From Styela clava (taxonomy: Eukaryota): a stretch of DNA of 64,000 nt. Positions within the stretch are counted from its first letter, which is position 1; every line of letters starts with the position of its first letter. Where the stretch lies: the NCBI RefSeq assembly GCF_964204865.1, contig NC_135253.1:24924001-24988000 (forward strand). Reading direction: 5' to 3'. Below are positions 1-12,807 of this stretch, in pieces. The notes below the pieces were generated by a model. The model saw only the letters and a program-made list of their open reading frames with translations, was not told where the DNA came from and did no database searches. Position numbers and translations under genes: made by a program.

Positions 1-570
1 CTATCTTTCTCAACCCTCCCTTTTTTTAGCCACCGCCCTAATTTCTTCAACCCTCCCCTTCTTCAGCCACCGCCCCATCTTCCCCTTCTCCAGTCACTGC
101 CCCGTCTTCCTCAACCCTTTCCTTCTTTATCCACTGCCCTATCTTCCTCAACCTTCCCCTTCTTCAGCCACTGCCCTATCTTCCTCAACCCTTTCCTTCT
201 CCAGTCACTGCCCCGTCTTCCTCAACCCTTTCATTCTTTAGCCACTGCCCTATCTTCCTCAACCCTTTCCTTCTCCAGTCACCGCCCTATCTTCCTCAAC
301 CCTTTCCTTCTTTATCCACTGCCCTATCTTCCTCAACCCTTTCCTTCTTTATCCACTGCCCTATCTTCCTCAACCCTTTCCTTCTTTAGCCACCGCCCAA
401 TCGTCCCCAACCCATTCCTTCTTTATCCACTGCCCTATCTTCCTCAACCTTCCCCTTCTTCAGCCACTGCCCTATCTTCCTCAACCCTTTCCTTCTCCAG
501 TCACCGCCCTATCTTCCTCAACCCTTTCCTTCTTTATCCACTGCCCTATCTTCCTCAACCCTCCCCTTTA
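1..570. repeat. 37-bp minisatellite, 3' tail of array 1 (truncated by window start)
   Basis: Tandem monomers like AGCCACYGCCCTATCTTCCTCAACCCTYYCCTTCTTY; same end junction (..TTATACTAGCCTAATAC) as arrays 2 and 3. Confidence 0.95.
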
Positions 571-650
571 TTATACTAGCCTAATACTGGTCGAGGATGC
601 CAGTGAGATGATTCAATTGCACGTCGACAAAACATGGTTGATGGCATTCG

Positions 651-1532
651 TAAATGTAGGCTGGAATCTAAAATGGTAATCAATAACCATAATTGGTAGC
701 TTAAAAGTGTGCTACTAATCAACCTATTGATTACCTCCGGTGCGGTATCAACGGTTTTGCCGTTTTTAAAATTTAAGACACGCCGTTTTATACCCTTGTT
801 ATTTGGGCATGGCGTGACGAAATGATACTAATCCGAAATAAATAATAGAACACAGGTCCGGTCCGTATAAAAACTTTTTTTCATCATTTAGCAGAAGCGA
901 TGCCAGAGATAAATGCAACTTCACTAAATTACAAGGGCAGATAGGCTAAAAGAACAGTTGGCAACACTGGCTACGACGAAACTTTTCATGATTTTAAAAT
1001 ATTTTGGAATAGAATTATTCACTGAGAGAATTATATTTTCGATTGCTTTTCAGCCTTCAACTCAATCAATTGAACGAAATTTGGGTACTCCCGTAGTATG
1101 TGCACCAAGATGGCAGACACCGGAACGTAGTGTGTGTACCGAGTTATGGTTAGACCATAATTTCAGGTACAAATTCCACGGGAGTCACTTGAATAATAAC
1201 ACGACCTGAATTGTGACAGCATGACATGGAAAGGTGTTTCATGCTCGAGAAAAATATGACAGAACATCTTATGAAAAATCATCACCAAGCGTGCAAATAT
1301 TTCATTATTTCCTCATTGTTTTGGTTCACTCGGAAACATAGGTGGCCTTGAATGAGTTTCTCAAATGAAACATTTCCAAGTATCGGGAAATCCAATGCTT
1401 AGCAATGTTATATTTGCTAAAAAGCTTTATTTGTGATCACACTTCCGCGATTATCAGGAACCTACTAGGTAGCACATTTTAAGCTACCAATTAGGGTTAT
1501 TGATTTCCATTTGGAAGTCCAACTTACATTTA
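651..1532. repeat. Inverted repeat pair (~65 bp arms at 651-715 and 1469-1532), possible old foldback/TIR element
   Basis: AATGGTAATCAATAACCATAATTGGTAGCTTAAAAGTGTGCTAC is the reverse complement of GTAGCACATTTTAAGCTACCAATTAGGGTTATTGATTTCCATT with few mismatches; recurs in each unit. Confidence 0.6.
1084..1191 (+). mobile_element. Truncated (one-ended) copy of the GGTACTCCCG-TIR MITE family
   Basis: Matches left arm of the MITEs at 6727 and 8932 (GGTACTCCCG..TATGTG.ACCAAGATGGC.GACACCGGAACGTAG). Confidence 0.75.
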
Positions 1533-3122
1533 AATGGAATGATAAATTATGTAAATAAGTGCCATTCGAAGATTTCAAACATTTTTGTTATCATTTACAC
1601 TCACTGAAGCTTTACGTTTGTTTGTTATTCAAATAGACCCTTTAATAATATATTAACAATGCCGTCCTTGTAATGACTCTTGTTCACTTCACTATTTTAA
1701 TAACATATTTGGACAATTATACTCCTGAATTTATTATTTTCATTTATGTTATACTTACAGAATACTTACCGTACATTATTTATAGTTCCAATTACAAATA
1801 CACAACAATCCTCCCCTATTCTTATAAAATTATATCTGTCGATCGTATGTAACATTTAGTTGAAGTTAAGCAGGCGGGTTTACTTTAACAACTCCCAGTT
1901 GGATTGGTTTCCTTATCAGTCAAAGAATGCAGAGCCCTCGACTTCAATAGTCGGTGTCGCAGGTCGCTTATTGTTTGCAACGTTTATTATTTGAAATATT
2001 TTTATAATTTTAAGGCACTTGCAATTTGCCATTTTTAAGTAATCAGTTGTTCCCCATTTTGAAATTCATCATCTCATTCATGTTGTAGATTCGTTTGTGT
2101 ACGAGTCTATAAAATCATATATGCTGTAAAAAATTGTAATAGTTACAAAAATTTAAATGTAAGCACGAGATAGAAATAAATCCTGAAGAGCAAATTATTT
2201 ATAATGTCCTGTCTTTTATCGTATGTATGATGCTTGAGTATGAGGTTTATTTAGAAGGTAAAGTGAGATTCTGGAGGTATTTGACCTAAATGGTTTTTTG
2301 ACAAATTGTTAAATGTACCGTACATATGTTTTTAACGGTTATCTCGAGCAATTTTTTTTTTCAAGTTTATATACCGTAAAGACTCGTTATTCATTTAGGT
2401 TACGTTTTAAGCGAAAACACCGAAACAAATTTTCACATGTTTCTTTTTTGACAAATTCAGCTCAAATACAAAGTGTCTTAGTCCAACAGCTGACTCAGTT
2501 TAATTGATCTCTTTATCACTTGCATCCTCGAGTAGTATTTTATCTATTGTCCATACATGCCTTATCATGTATATCCCTGGAAGGCAAAGGTCCATATTGG
2601 CACACGTACTTATGGAGCGCCAAAAATTTCACTTATTCTTGCTAAAAGTCTACTCTAGAATGAATGACGCCGGTTTAGAATCTGCCCTTGATCATCGCCT
2701 GTAGTTTACCTTTCCAATTTTCCGTGAGCCGTGGGTGGGCGACATAGAGTAAGAAAAATATATTTTAGATAGGTTTGATACATAATGCAAAATTAAAAAA
2801 AAACGGTTCAGCCAGGTCAGGCCGAATACAATTAAATATCATTGCACGGAAAATACAAAATCTTGTATTGAGAATTTCGTCGATAAATATCAGAGAAAGT
2901 CCAGGATATCCTCTTTTTAGAGGTCTGTCCAACAAAAAAATTGGGATTTCTCAAAACAGCAGTAGCAACAGACCTAAAACAAAAATACAGATTCACTATG
3001 TGATCAGAAAGCACACAAGATTTTCAATCTTTACTACTGAATACCGACAAAGGTAAAAACTTCATTGAATTTGCACAATGGGAAAGTTAGGTAACGCTAT
3101 ACTCAGCACAGTTTTAAGCTCA

Positions 3123-3406
3123 TTACTTATCGATCTTTAGATCGGTAAGTATGTTGATAGGTATTTGTCTGTTTGTCTGTTAGATGCACGCGATATCTCA
3201 TGAAGGCGTGGTTGAATCTGCTCCAAATTTTGCATGTGAATTCATCATATCTCGGACCAGAAGCCTATTGATTTGATAAATTATGTCGTATAATTAGCGA
3301 GTTATTAATTAATTAGTGATGGGACACGCGGTGTCACTATAGAGTCATGAATCGAAACCGCAGTTTCGATCGATAAATTTTCGGTCTCCGACCGTTATTC
3401 TCGTTT
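3123..3406 (+). mobile_element. Helentron-associated non-autonomous element (HINE/DINE-1-like); also 20343-20626 and 37547-37830
   Basis: 5' hairpin TACTTATCGATCT/AGATCGGTAAGTA, GTCT-type microsatellite, 3' subterminal IR GATCGATAA followed by stem-loop CGGTC-TCC-GACCG; diverged inverted copy at 12512-12807. Confidence 0.7.
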
Positions 3407-5795
3407 CAACTATTCTTAAATTGCCGACTTTGTCTATACTAGTTAAAACTCTCCTAAAATAGATCTTGAATGATTTATGGAAAGAAATCTTTCGAAAGAT
3501 CGCATTCAAATTCCCTATTACAACGTATTGACTTCCGGAATATTTTGTTGAAACAAAAACCTGGACGTGTGTAGATAACGATATTCTTATGCTCGGTCAT
3601 CCGGGCCAGGTCAAACTTTCCAAAGATGTTGTTTGATCTGCTTATAAAGGTTGCAACACACGGCTTTTTAATCTGGTTTACAACACCAAACATAGAAGGG
3701 CGTCCACCCCTCATGCAAGTGTTTATAAAAGGATTGTCGCGCTATGTCATCTGAGAGATTGGTTGAACTTCTTATTCAGTCCAACCGAAAAATTTGCTGA
3801 TTTTGCAAAGCATATCTTGGTATATCTCCACATAGGTCCAAAATTGAGAAAAATCTTAGCAATTATCAAAATATTGGAAAAGAATCTCCAAAATTTAGCA
3901 CAAATCTTTCAAAAATATATGCGACTCTTATAGTGGTTGGGCCTTAGCAGTATGTCTTGATGGCATTGGCGGCCGCATGCGTCTCATGTTTGGTTATTTT
4001 AAGAAAAGAAAAAAAGACCTTGCAAACTACGATTCATCACGTTTCGATAAAACATATTATAATTCATCGTGCATTATTCTTTTATACCGAAGACTGGTAT
4101 GGACTGGTAACATGGCGAAAGGCCGTGATCATATGATTAAGTCGAGTTATCGGCTTTCCTTTTCCCCATTGAAAAAATATGTAATCGTGATGCTTAGTTA
4201 CTATTACAATAAAATAGCATTGCAGCAGAGCTGAATAAAGGTATATCTGATGTTCATGTGTGTTCTTGTTTGAAATGCGGCTCTTTGGATGTCAAGTCCA
4301 AGCTTGTTTATTGAGTGAGCAATAAGTCATCATATAGCAGTGTTTCCCAAATTCCTTTGGTCGCGAATCATTTCTGGAGAATCGCGTAGGAGTCAAAACA
4401 CAAGAATTGTATGAACATTTGTTACAATTTTCAATCTGACTAATAATTCTGGTCTCAAATATTCGTAGATTAGGTCTAAGTCCACTTGAAAGCCTCTCAG
4501 GTACTGAATAAGGTATTTGGCCGATTATATTAGAAAAGTGAGCATTCAAACAATTCTCTACTTTTCATTTTATATAAAAACAAACAAATTTATTAAAAGC
4601 AAAAAAAAAACGCATCAGAAATCTAATTTCCGCTTTAAAAAATGTTTTCGCCTTAATTTCGTATTTTTTTTCAATGGGATTGTTTGTCCCTGATTTTTCT
4701 ATATTTTTTCTACAAATTAGGGTCGTTTTTATCTGCTTTTTCAAAAGAGCAATATAAGGTGTGTGTTTTTTTTTTTCAAATATTATAAAATTTCTCATTA
4801 TTTAAATAATATATCGCCCTATTGATAACAAAAGAATATACAGTAGTAATCGATTTATCTATATAAGACCATGTTCAGGCAGAACTCTTCTGAAACTCAA
4901 AAAAACATTTAATCCACTTTAGTATACGCATTCTAAATAATAAAACTAGTCAAGCGCAAATACCCTGATGTAACAAACCACATAGGAATTTTGCGCAACT
5001 CTAGCGCCCTAAGAAGTTTCAAAATAATACAAGTTGTTAATTATAAATGAACGCCCGAGTGAAGTATAAACCTGACGCCAAATGTTAGTAGAAATATCAA
5101 AAAATCAAAAGGTGATTAATAAATATTATTAAATAAGAGACAAAAAAGGAATAGTCGACTACTTTGCATTTAAATAATGAGAGTTTGAAAACAATTAGTT
5201 CATTAGTTACTGAGAAAAGTTGCAGAATTTTAGGATTCAAAAAAGATTGCAAATAGTAATTTAGAAAACGATCCATGGGATTACTTTGTCTGTAATAATA
5301 TAACTTTAAATGAGCTTAAACTGAGACTCACAAACAAAACTGAAATAAATTCACACAATCATTTACATTCCGAGATCAAAATCGGACTGTCATGAACTCA
5401 TTACATGTTTGTAGCATGGCGAAAGTATTTCATTGTTGACATGTTTCTGGCGTTACAAACCAGTTCGCCTCGAGGTATGTCTGATAAGTTAGTCAATACA
5501 GGAAGTGAATCGCTTATTAGCGTAATATTAGCTAGACATAGGCTCTAACATATGAAATGCAATTAGCAGCTATGCCGATATCAGTTGAATAATAATCAGA
5601 CAGCGTGTTTGGGTTTATGAGTAATATGGGGACAAATTTAAATCGGGCAGTCTTGGCCCACACTGACGAACGATTCGCAACGAGATAACAATGAGGCGAC
5701 ATGTTTGAGTTTCTGAGAATGATGCGAGTCCAGGACAATAGCCTACAACAGGATTTAGGATTCACACCTAAATCTTGACCCAGAATACTATACAC

Positions 5796-6166
5796 CAAGC
5801 GTGTGCAACCTTTTATACAGGAGAGCCAGATACAAATAACTGGGCGAAACCCCGAGACGCACCTATATCTAACATATGCTTTCTAGTAGTTACGGACACA
5901 AAAACTGTTTCTTTCTGTTATTAATCTTAAAACAAGCGTTGTTCGCACTGCACAAGATGATATCATTTTAACGTCATATATGTTAAATTGGACTCGGGTA
6001 TAGATTTTGCAAGGCTAAAGAATCGGAATTACTCTTACGTACCAGATTAAACTAAATTGAAACTCGTTTGACGGGCCGTAAACCTTCAAAGTTCGCACTT
6101 CTTCGCGGGCCGCCGAATTTTTCCTTGTGGGCCACATTTAGCCCGCGAGTCGCTTGCACACCCCTG
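5796..6166. mobile_element. 371-bp hAT-family MITE with 8-bp TSD; also 23012-23382 and 40075-40445
   Basis: TIRs CAAGCGTGTGCAA / TTGCACACCCCTG, flanked by perfect 8-bp duplication CTATACAC (5788-5795, 6167-6174). Confidence 0.85.
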
Positions 6167-6726
6167 CTATACACTGATCGTATTGATTAAAACATTTTAA
6201 CGCACATAAGAAAGCCAGCCCTTATGTACAGGTTAGGATATTTCATATTCAGCAAGTGAACTAGGTAAGTTTGTTAGAATTAATCATACGATGGACCCGG
6301 ACCACAGAGCCGTTGGTGTACAGTCATGAGAAAGAAAGAAATCGTTTTCGATCAGATATGTTACATGACGTTTCACACTCTTTTCATTCCGAGAAGGGCT
6401 TCGAATAAACATCCACTTATATGCGAGGATTATATTTGTGGGTACCTTTGGTGAAGTGGGGGGGGGGGGGGGGGCATTGACAATAAATTTAATAATTTCA
6501 TGGATTGTTTTGCGAAATATTTTTCGTTGTTGTAGTTGCAAAAGTTGCTTTCTTCTACAAATGAAGTACGAATCGATTTCAAATTTGCAATTACTTCGCT
6601 ATTACCTTTATTCATTCGAGTCCAACAAGGCACGTTATCACGCCCTAAATTTCGCTATTTTATTTTAAATCCGGCGGACACTTTTGTATGGCATGACCAT
6701 ATAACTGAGCATTACAATCTGGTTCA

Positions 6727-6960
6727 GTACTTCCGAAGTATGTGAACCAAGATGTCGGGCATCGCAACGTAGTATGTGTACCGGGTTAGGATTAGGCCAT
6801 AATTTCAGGCACAAATACTGCGGGAGTCACTTGGCTAGTGCCCGAATTTGTAATAGAACCAAGACAATGAATATTGGAATAAAATTGTGACCTAACCCCA
6901 ATCTGTTAAACATACCAAGTCCCGGTGTCCGTCATCATGGTTCACATACTTCGGGAGTAC
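6727..6960. mobile_element. MITE (GTACTCCCGAAGTATGTGAACC TIRs) ending 65 bp upstream of the lectin ATG; also 23933-24166 and 40990-41223
   Basis: GTACTTCCGAAGTATGTGAACCAAGATG ... CATCATGGTTCACATACTTCGGGAGTAC terminal inverted repeats. Confidence 0.85.
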
Positions 6961-7025
6961 AACTCGTTTTATTTTATTCCAGCGTTTCAAACCAATGTAA
7001 ATCTCTCGCACATAGCTTAGTCATC

Positions 7026-10000
7026 ATGATAATCGGAAAAAGTATCTATCTATATACTTTGGCGATGTTTTCAATAACTGCTTATGTGGGAGCCCAGCAA
7101 GACGTTGTGTTCCAGTGCTCAGTGAAAAAAGGCTGCCAAATTCATCAATGTGACCCAGCACCAGCTGGTGAGATATAACATACATGTAAATAGAGTAACT
7201 AATGTTATTATAAGAATGTTTAAAGTCGCATTTTAATATTTTATTCTAGTATTGTGGTCGAAATCGAACTCCCAAGTCGCAATGTTGAGCTTGCAAAAAA
7301 CAGTACATTTCAAACAACTTAATCAAAATAAGCAGCAGACCAGCTGCCATTAAAAATATTTTACTGATCAGAATTAAGTTTTATCGTAGTCAGATTGAAA
7401 TCAAACCCAGACAATATCCAGACCAGATATGAAAAAATCTCTCAATTCGGAATCATGAGTCTGTGTTATATTTATATATATTTGATAACCAAAACTGTAG
7501 CGGAAGTATGAATTCGGCATCTCTTTTTACTATTGAGGTTAGTCGCGCTTCGCAGTTTCAGACTCGTATGGTAAGCCAAAATATGTTCAGCAACAAAACC
7601 CAAAAACTTTCGATAAAAAACGGTTTAGGCTTATTCCATCCGGAGTCAAATTTTTATTCAATTCAGAGTTGACGTCATAATTACATTTTTGAATAGGTCA
7701 GGAAATTGAGTGTAACTTTTTCTTACTTTATTGCAACCCTGAGGTATGCATGTTTAAAGATATTGAATATGAAATAGACCTCCGTACTATGAAATCTTTG
7801 ATGAGAGTGCGGCTACTGGTCTGTCAATATCTATTTAGCCAATAAAGAAACATAGTGGTGAATCACGAGCTGCTGAATACCTTGGCGCAAGACCCGACAC
7901 GCTAGACCCGACCCTCATGGTTTGTTTAGTTTAGTTTTGATCAATTTTCGTTATGTTGTTCACTGGGAATGATTTATCTATTGCCATGTACCAGTACATT
8001 TATCTGAGCATTGATAACTTGTTTCATGTTTCTGCATATATTCAGGTTGGCAAAACCTCGGCATCGGCGTTCATCAACCTTTGAGCAGAGAAGAATTCCC
8101 CATCACATGCACGGGTTCCGGAACTTCAACAAGTAATTTAGAAGCTTTGATTCTGAAAAATTTGCAAGAAATTGCAACTTTCAAACAAGGTATTCACTCT
8201 ACTTTCTTATCTCAGCTCTGTGTTGGGTAATTGTTTTGTCTGCAGGGATACCGTAGCCGTGTCGCAATGGATGTCCCCCGAACCTTGACCCAGAAAAAAA
8301 AACTTCCCCCCGTATTTTAATATTACTTGATTTTAGATGCCTATTTTGCGAATGTTTTGTTTGCGAGTTAGCACGTACAAACCAACTTATACGATCAAAA
8401 CAATCATTTTTATTAAAACATACAAGCACGTGTCGCTAACAGATACAGACAACTAATCTTAGCCTAGTCCATCACAGCTTTTCCGGGACTTATTTTTGTT
8501 TATTGTAACTAAACTAAAGATCATCGGAAGATATAATGACTATTAAATAACTTCATTTACAACTAATTATCGGAAACACAACTGAAAACGACAAATAACA
8601 CGCAAAATCGCGGGAACGAGTTGTTGCTTACAACCATGCTTCTGCGCGAACGAAGTGCCTGAGCGGAAGCATAAATTGCAAATGTTACGTCATCTTTGAC
8701 TTTGTGCTGATTGGTCATTGTTAACGGAGATAAACAAGGAAATCGATGCTTGGGGAAACATTCATACCCACATTTCTTACCCAGCTTTTGCACCGCGACA
8801 CGAGCAGTGCTGCGAAGTTTCCCTTTTACTGATGTAGCAATGAGAACCGGAGAGTTTTGTTTTAAACAAGAAACAAATTTATAAATCCCTCGGAATAATT
8901 GTCAAACTTTTAAAGAATTAGGTCGACGTTTGGTACTCCCGAGTATGTGAACCAAGATGGCGGACACCGGAACGTAGTATGTGTACCAGGTTAGGGTTAG
9001 GCTATAACTTTATTTCAATTTTTCTTATTTTAGTTCCATATTTACGAGTTTGGAGACTAGCCAAATGAATTTAGGTATCTGAAATTCTGGTACACATACG
9101 ACGTTCCGGTGTTCGCCATCTTGGTTCACATAGGTTCGGGAGTGCCGAATTTTCAAACGGGCTTCGCTATACAACGGTTTCTTTAGGAAACTCATTTCAA
9201 TGGCCTGTTCTCATTTTAATTGAGGGAAAGATGGTTTAGAACGTGAAAACTAAGAGCAACTTTTTAATCGAGAGGTCATCAATTAAAAATTTTAACAGCG
9301 CTAAAAACAGACAACTTAATTTACAAGTATTTCTTTCTTTTGTGGCAGGTTTGAGCGAATTAAAAACAACAAATAAAAATCTGGAAAACAAAAATTTGGA
9401 ATTTCAACAAGGTAATTACAATATTTCTGATATTAATTAACAACTTGAAATCCTGAAGGTTTTTTTTCTTCAATCAAAACTCATATAAGAGACTTTTACA
9501 TGGGTTAGGTTGACTTTTGCCTTATTTGCAAACGACAACTTCCACCCTCTCTCCTTGCGTAGCTATTTTTTAATAAAATGAAATAAACATTTTTTGCAGA
9601 AATAAAGGAAATAAAAGCAACGAATGAAAAATTGAAAGATGAAAATGAAGGATTTCAACGAGGTAATCACTGACTAAAAATCACTTATACTTAACATGGT
9701 TCAATCTGGCAATAATCACTATACTGATGAGTCGTATCAGATTTTGAGGTGTTTTTTTAAATTGGAATCCAAATTTTTTAGTTAGTTCAAATCTTAACAG
9801 GGATACCACATGGTGAATTACATGTAACTGGTATTTTACGCCAGTTTTTATTTTTAAGTTACAGGAATAACATAATTACATTCGACATGACTCTTATTGT
9901 GATATCTAGTACAATCAATAACTTTGACTGCCACTTCGCTAAAAATTGAGTAGATATATTAGCCATTCGTGTCCGCATTGCTTTTTTTTTATAGAAAATT

Positions 10001-12501
10001 GTCATATCTAAGAGCTAATGCGAAATGGTTTTGAGATATCTTTTTTATAGTTATCTAATCTAAACTAGCTCAGGACTCGATCTTCTCCAAGGAAGATTTC
10101 AAATAATGCAACTAAACTTACAGCCCACAAAATCACATTGACAACAATGTTATACATTTAATTCAAAAAATATATACGATGTTTACAACCAGATTTATAA
10201 ATTTGTCGAGTAAAATTAGCTGACATTTTTCGATAAATGAAATGTTTGTTTTTTAGATATTAAACTGCTGAAAACTCAAAATATAGAACAAGATGCAAAG
10301 TTGGTTGGAATAAAAAGAGATCTACTTCATGGTAACTTGCTTTACTTGAATTGTTACGGTTTCGTATGCTTGAAACCCATGAGTGCAACGACGGTATAAA
10401 AGTATTGAAATCTTTGGTTTTCTATATTCTATAAGGTGCGTTAAAAAGTAGAATCATGAACGAAATATTCACATGTCCAAATTTACAATTTATTTGATTA
10501 GTAAACTCCGCTGACGGGTGCAAAAAATCCCAGTAAAATCTTTTTTCAGAAATTAAAGCTATTGAATCGAAAAACAAGGAACAAGATGATAAGCTGGGAG
10601 CCATGGATAGAGAATATAGTAAAGGTAAAACATGGGTATCTTCATTGAACTACTGGTATTGTTTCATTCATTGCATGGTATTCGAGCAGAGGTGTCGAAC
10701 CTACTTGCTATCGTGGGCCACTTCATCAGTTACCGTTGAGTAGGTGGGCTGCACAACTCACATAACATAACCCGTTTTTCATCTAATTTAGGTAAGGCTG
10801 CGGTTTCTACAACATATTCACCAACAATAATGCCATCAACTTGGCAGACGATTACTACAACAAAGACGATGCAAAGTAAGTTTTTTTTTAAAAAAATCGA
10901 AGTGGTAAAAATCTTGTACAGTACCCGACCATAAAATCGCTAAAATGCGAACCACGACACGCCACGCATTTTTCAATTTTGATGACGTCATCAGACAAAT
11001 TTTACAAGTGAAAAACGAGTTGTATAGATCCCACAAAAAATAAAAAGAATTATAGCCTTCTAGCGACAAATACAATTTTTCAAAGCAATCGGACTAGTAA
11101 TTGAAGAGAAAGGCGATTTTTTTTACAACAACATAATAATAAAAAAACTTCACTTCGTGTCCAACAAGCAAACAATATCCAAATATATGAACACTGGGGT
11201 CGCGCATCGGCAACGGTACGGTCTAGGTGTCGTATAATAAAAGAAGATCCGTTACATACGGTAGTTTGTGACATTTCTAGTTACAGTTGAACCTACTACA
11301 CCATTCAGAAGCCGTTCAGTGCCCAGATCAATCTCAACATTCTTGAAGCAATCGCTTATTGAACGAGGTAAATAAACATGACAACAATTTCATGAAACAC
11401 CCAAGTATGTAAGTATGGAATTGCCACAAGACGGGTCAAACTGCAGAAAAAAGACGGTATTAATTCCAAATAACTCGGCAGCAAAAAACTGCAATTGAGA
11501 GAAAATGTAACTCAAGCTGCACACACCTCTGCTGCAATTGTTAGTAAATGAAACTCCGATTACAAACACCTCTGCTATCAAATTAAGATGATATACGCAA
11601 TTCAAAACTCAAGCTATCTATAGTCATAGACCTGGCGTGTGGGAAGAGTTAGGTTATCTTCATTGATTCAACCTTTTTAACAAGACTTTTCTTTGTACAG
11701 GTGAATGTCATTTCATCGTAAACACTGTTTGCTACTGGGCTATTGTGGATTCATACAAAAGCTCTACACTCATCTCTGCAATGTCGAAGTGTATCGCCCT
11801 CGGGTTTTATATCGTCTACGTCAAAGATGCCGATATTTACCGGCTAATTATGTTCAACACGAGACTGAGAATTCCGAGAAATCGGAATTCAATTCTTGTT
11901 CATGTTGGCGGTTTATACGACCCGGCGGTAAGTAACTTGTGATTGTCTGACAATGGGCACGATTATGCAATTTAGAGGTTTGTGCCCTATATATAAAGTA
12001 ATAATATTCAAACTAGTGTCTCATGTTATCTGAAATGAAATACGTAAGTTTCAGTATTCATTACTGATCGAATCGAAGTTGTATTTAATTCATGTATTTT
12101 TTTTTTGGAAATAGTTTTCACCCCTACAAACATTGCATTATATAGATATAGGGCGATACTTCAGTAAAGAAAAATCAAAAATTGATCCTCAATCGTTTGT
12201 CCAACTCGAATCATTTTATTAAACACTAAGGTACCATTGAAAACTCTGTCTGTACCAATAATAAGCTAAACGTTACATGATTTATATTCACTTCAACCTT
12301 TTGTTTTAGACACGAAAGACGACTCCTCCAGATATTTACACCAAATGGCATCCGAATCAGCCATACGTTCCTCGACATCGTACAGGGGCGCAGGGGATTT
12401 ATGTCGAGGTCAACAAAATTCCATTTATTACTAATCAAGGCATGGGTGTTCAGCCTGCTACTTTTACTGCCAATGGTGTTATTTGTCAGAAATCCATATA
12501 A
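7026..12501 (+). CDS. Secreted coiled-coil / C-type lectin-like domain protein, copy 1 (~355 aa, 9 coding exons: 7026-7167, 8046-8189, 9349-9411, 9600-9662, 10257-10331, 10550-10624, 11281(or 11287)-11367, 11701-11927, 12310-12501)
   Basis: All introns GT-AG and exons join into one open frame (1068 nt). Signal-like MIIGKSIYLYTLAMFSITAYVGA; heptad-rich exons (GLSELKTTNKNLENKNLEFQQ, EIKEIKATNEKLKDENEGFQR); CTLD-like C-terminus ECHFIVNTVCYWAIV..AMSKC..VHVGGLYDP..KWHPNQP..GM..NGVICQ. Confidence 0.85.
8932..9146. mobile_element. MITE of the same family in intron 2; also 26135-26349
   Basis: ~55-bp TIRs GGTACTCCCGAGTATGTGAACCAAGATGGCGGACACCGGAACGTAGTATGTGTACCAG and the reverse complement at the 3' end. 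Confidence 0.85.
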
Positions 12502-12511
12502 AACAATATAT

Positions 12512-12807
12512 AAACGAGATAGCGATCAGAGACCGCCGACTTATCGATCTAGCGGGGTATATTCTTTGCTCTGACTCAATAGCGATACCGCGTGTCCCAT
12601 CACTAATAAATCAATAACTAGCTAATTGTACGACATATTTCATCCAAAATCAATAGGCTTCTTGTCCGAGATAGGATGAATGCACATGCAAAATGAAGCA
12701 GATTCAACCTCGCTTTCGTGAGATATCGCGTAACATACGAAAGTGTCTGAAAGACAGACAAACAAATATCTATCAACTTACTTACCGATCTTAAGATCGA
12801 TAAGCAA
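12512..12807 (-). mobile_element. HINE/DINE-1-like element in the lectin 3' UTR; also 29718-30013
   Basis: Diverged reverse complement of 3123-3406, starting 10 nt after the stop codon. Confidence 0.7.

Noticed and set aside
3475-3714. 79-aa minus-strand ORF conserved in all three units
   Set aside because: Conservation is explained by recent duplication; no recognisable motif or partner exons found
4180-4380. Possible solo LTR, or hAT end CAGTGTTTCCCAA
   Set aside because: No partner terminus or TSD could be identified
8988-9002. Interstitial telomere (GGGTTAGGGTTAGG)
   Set aside because: Only two hexamers, and an internal part of the MITE family
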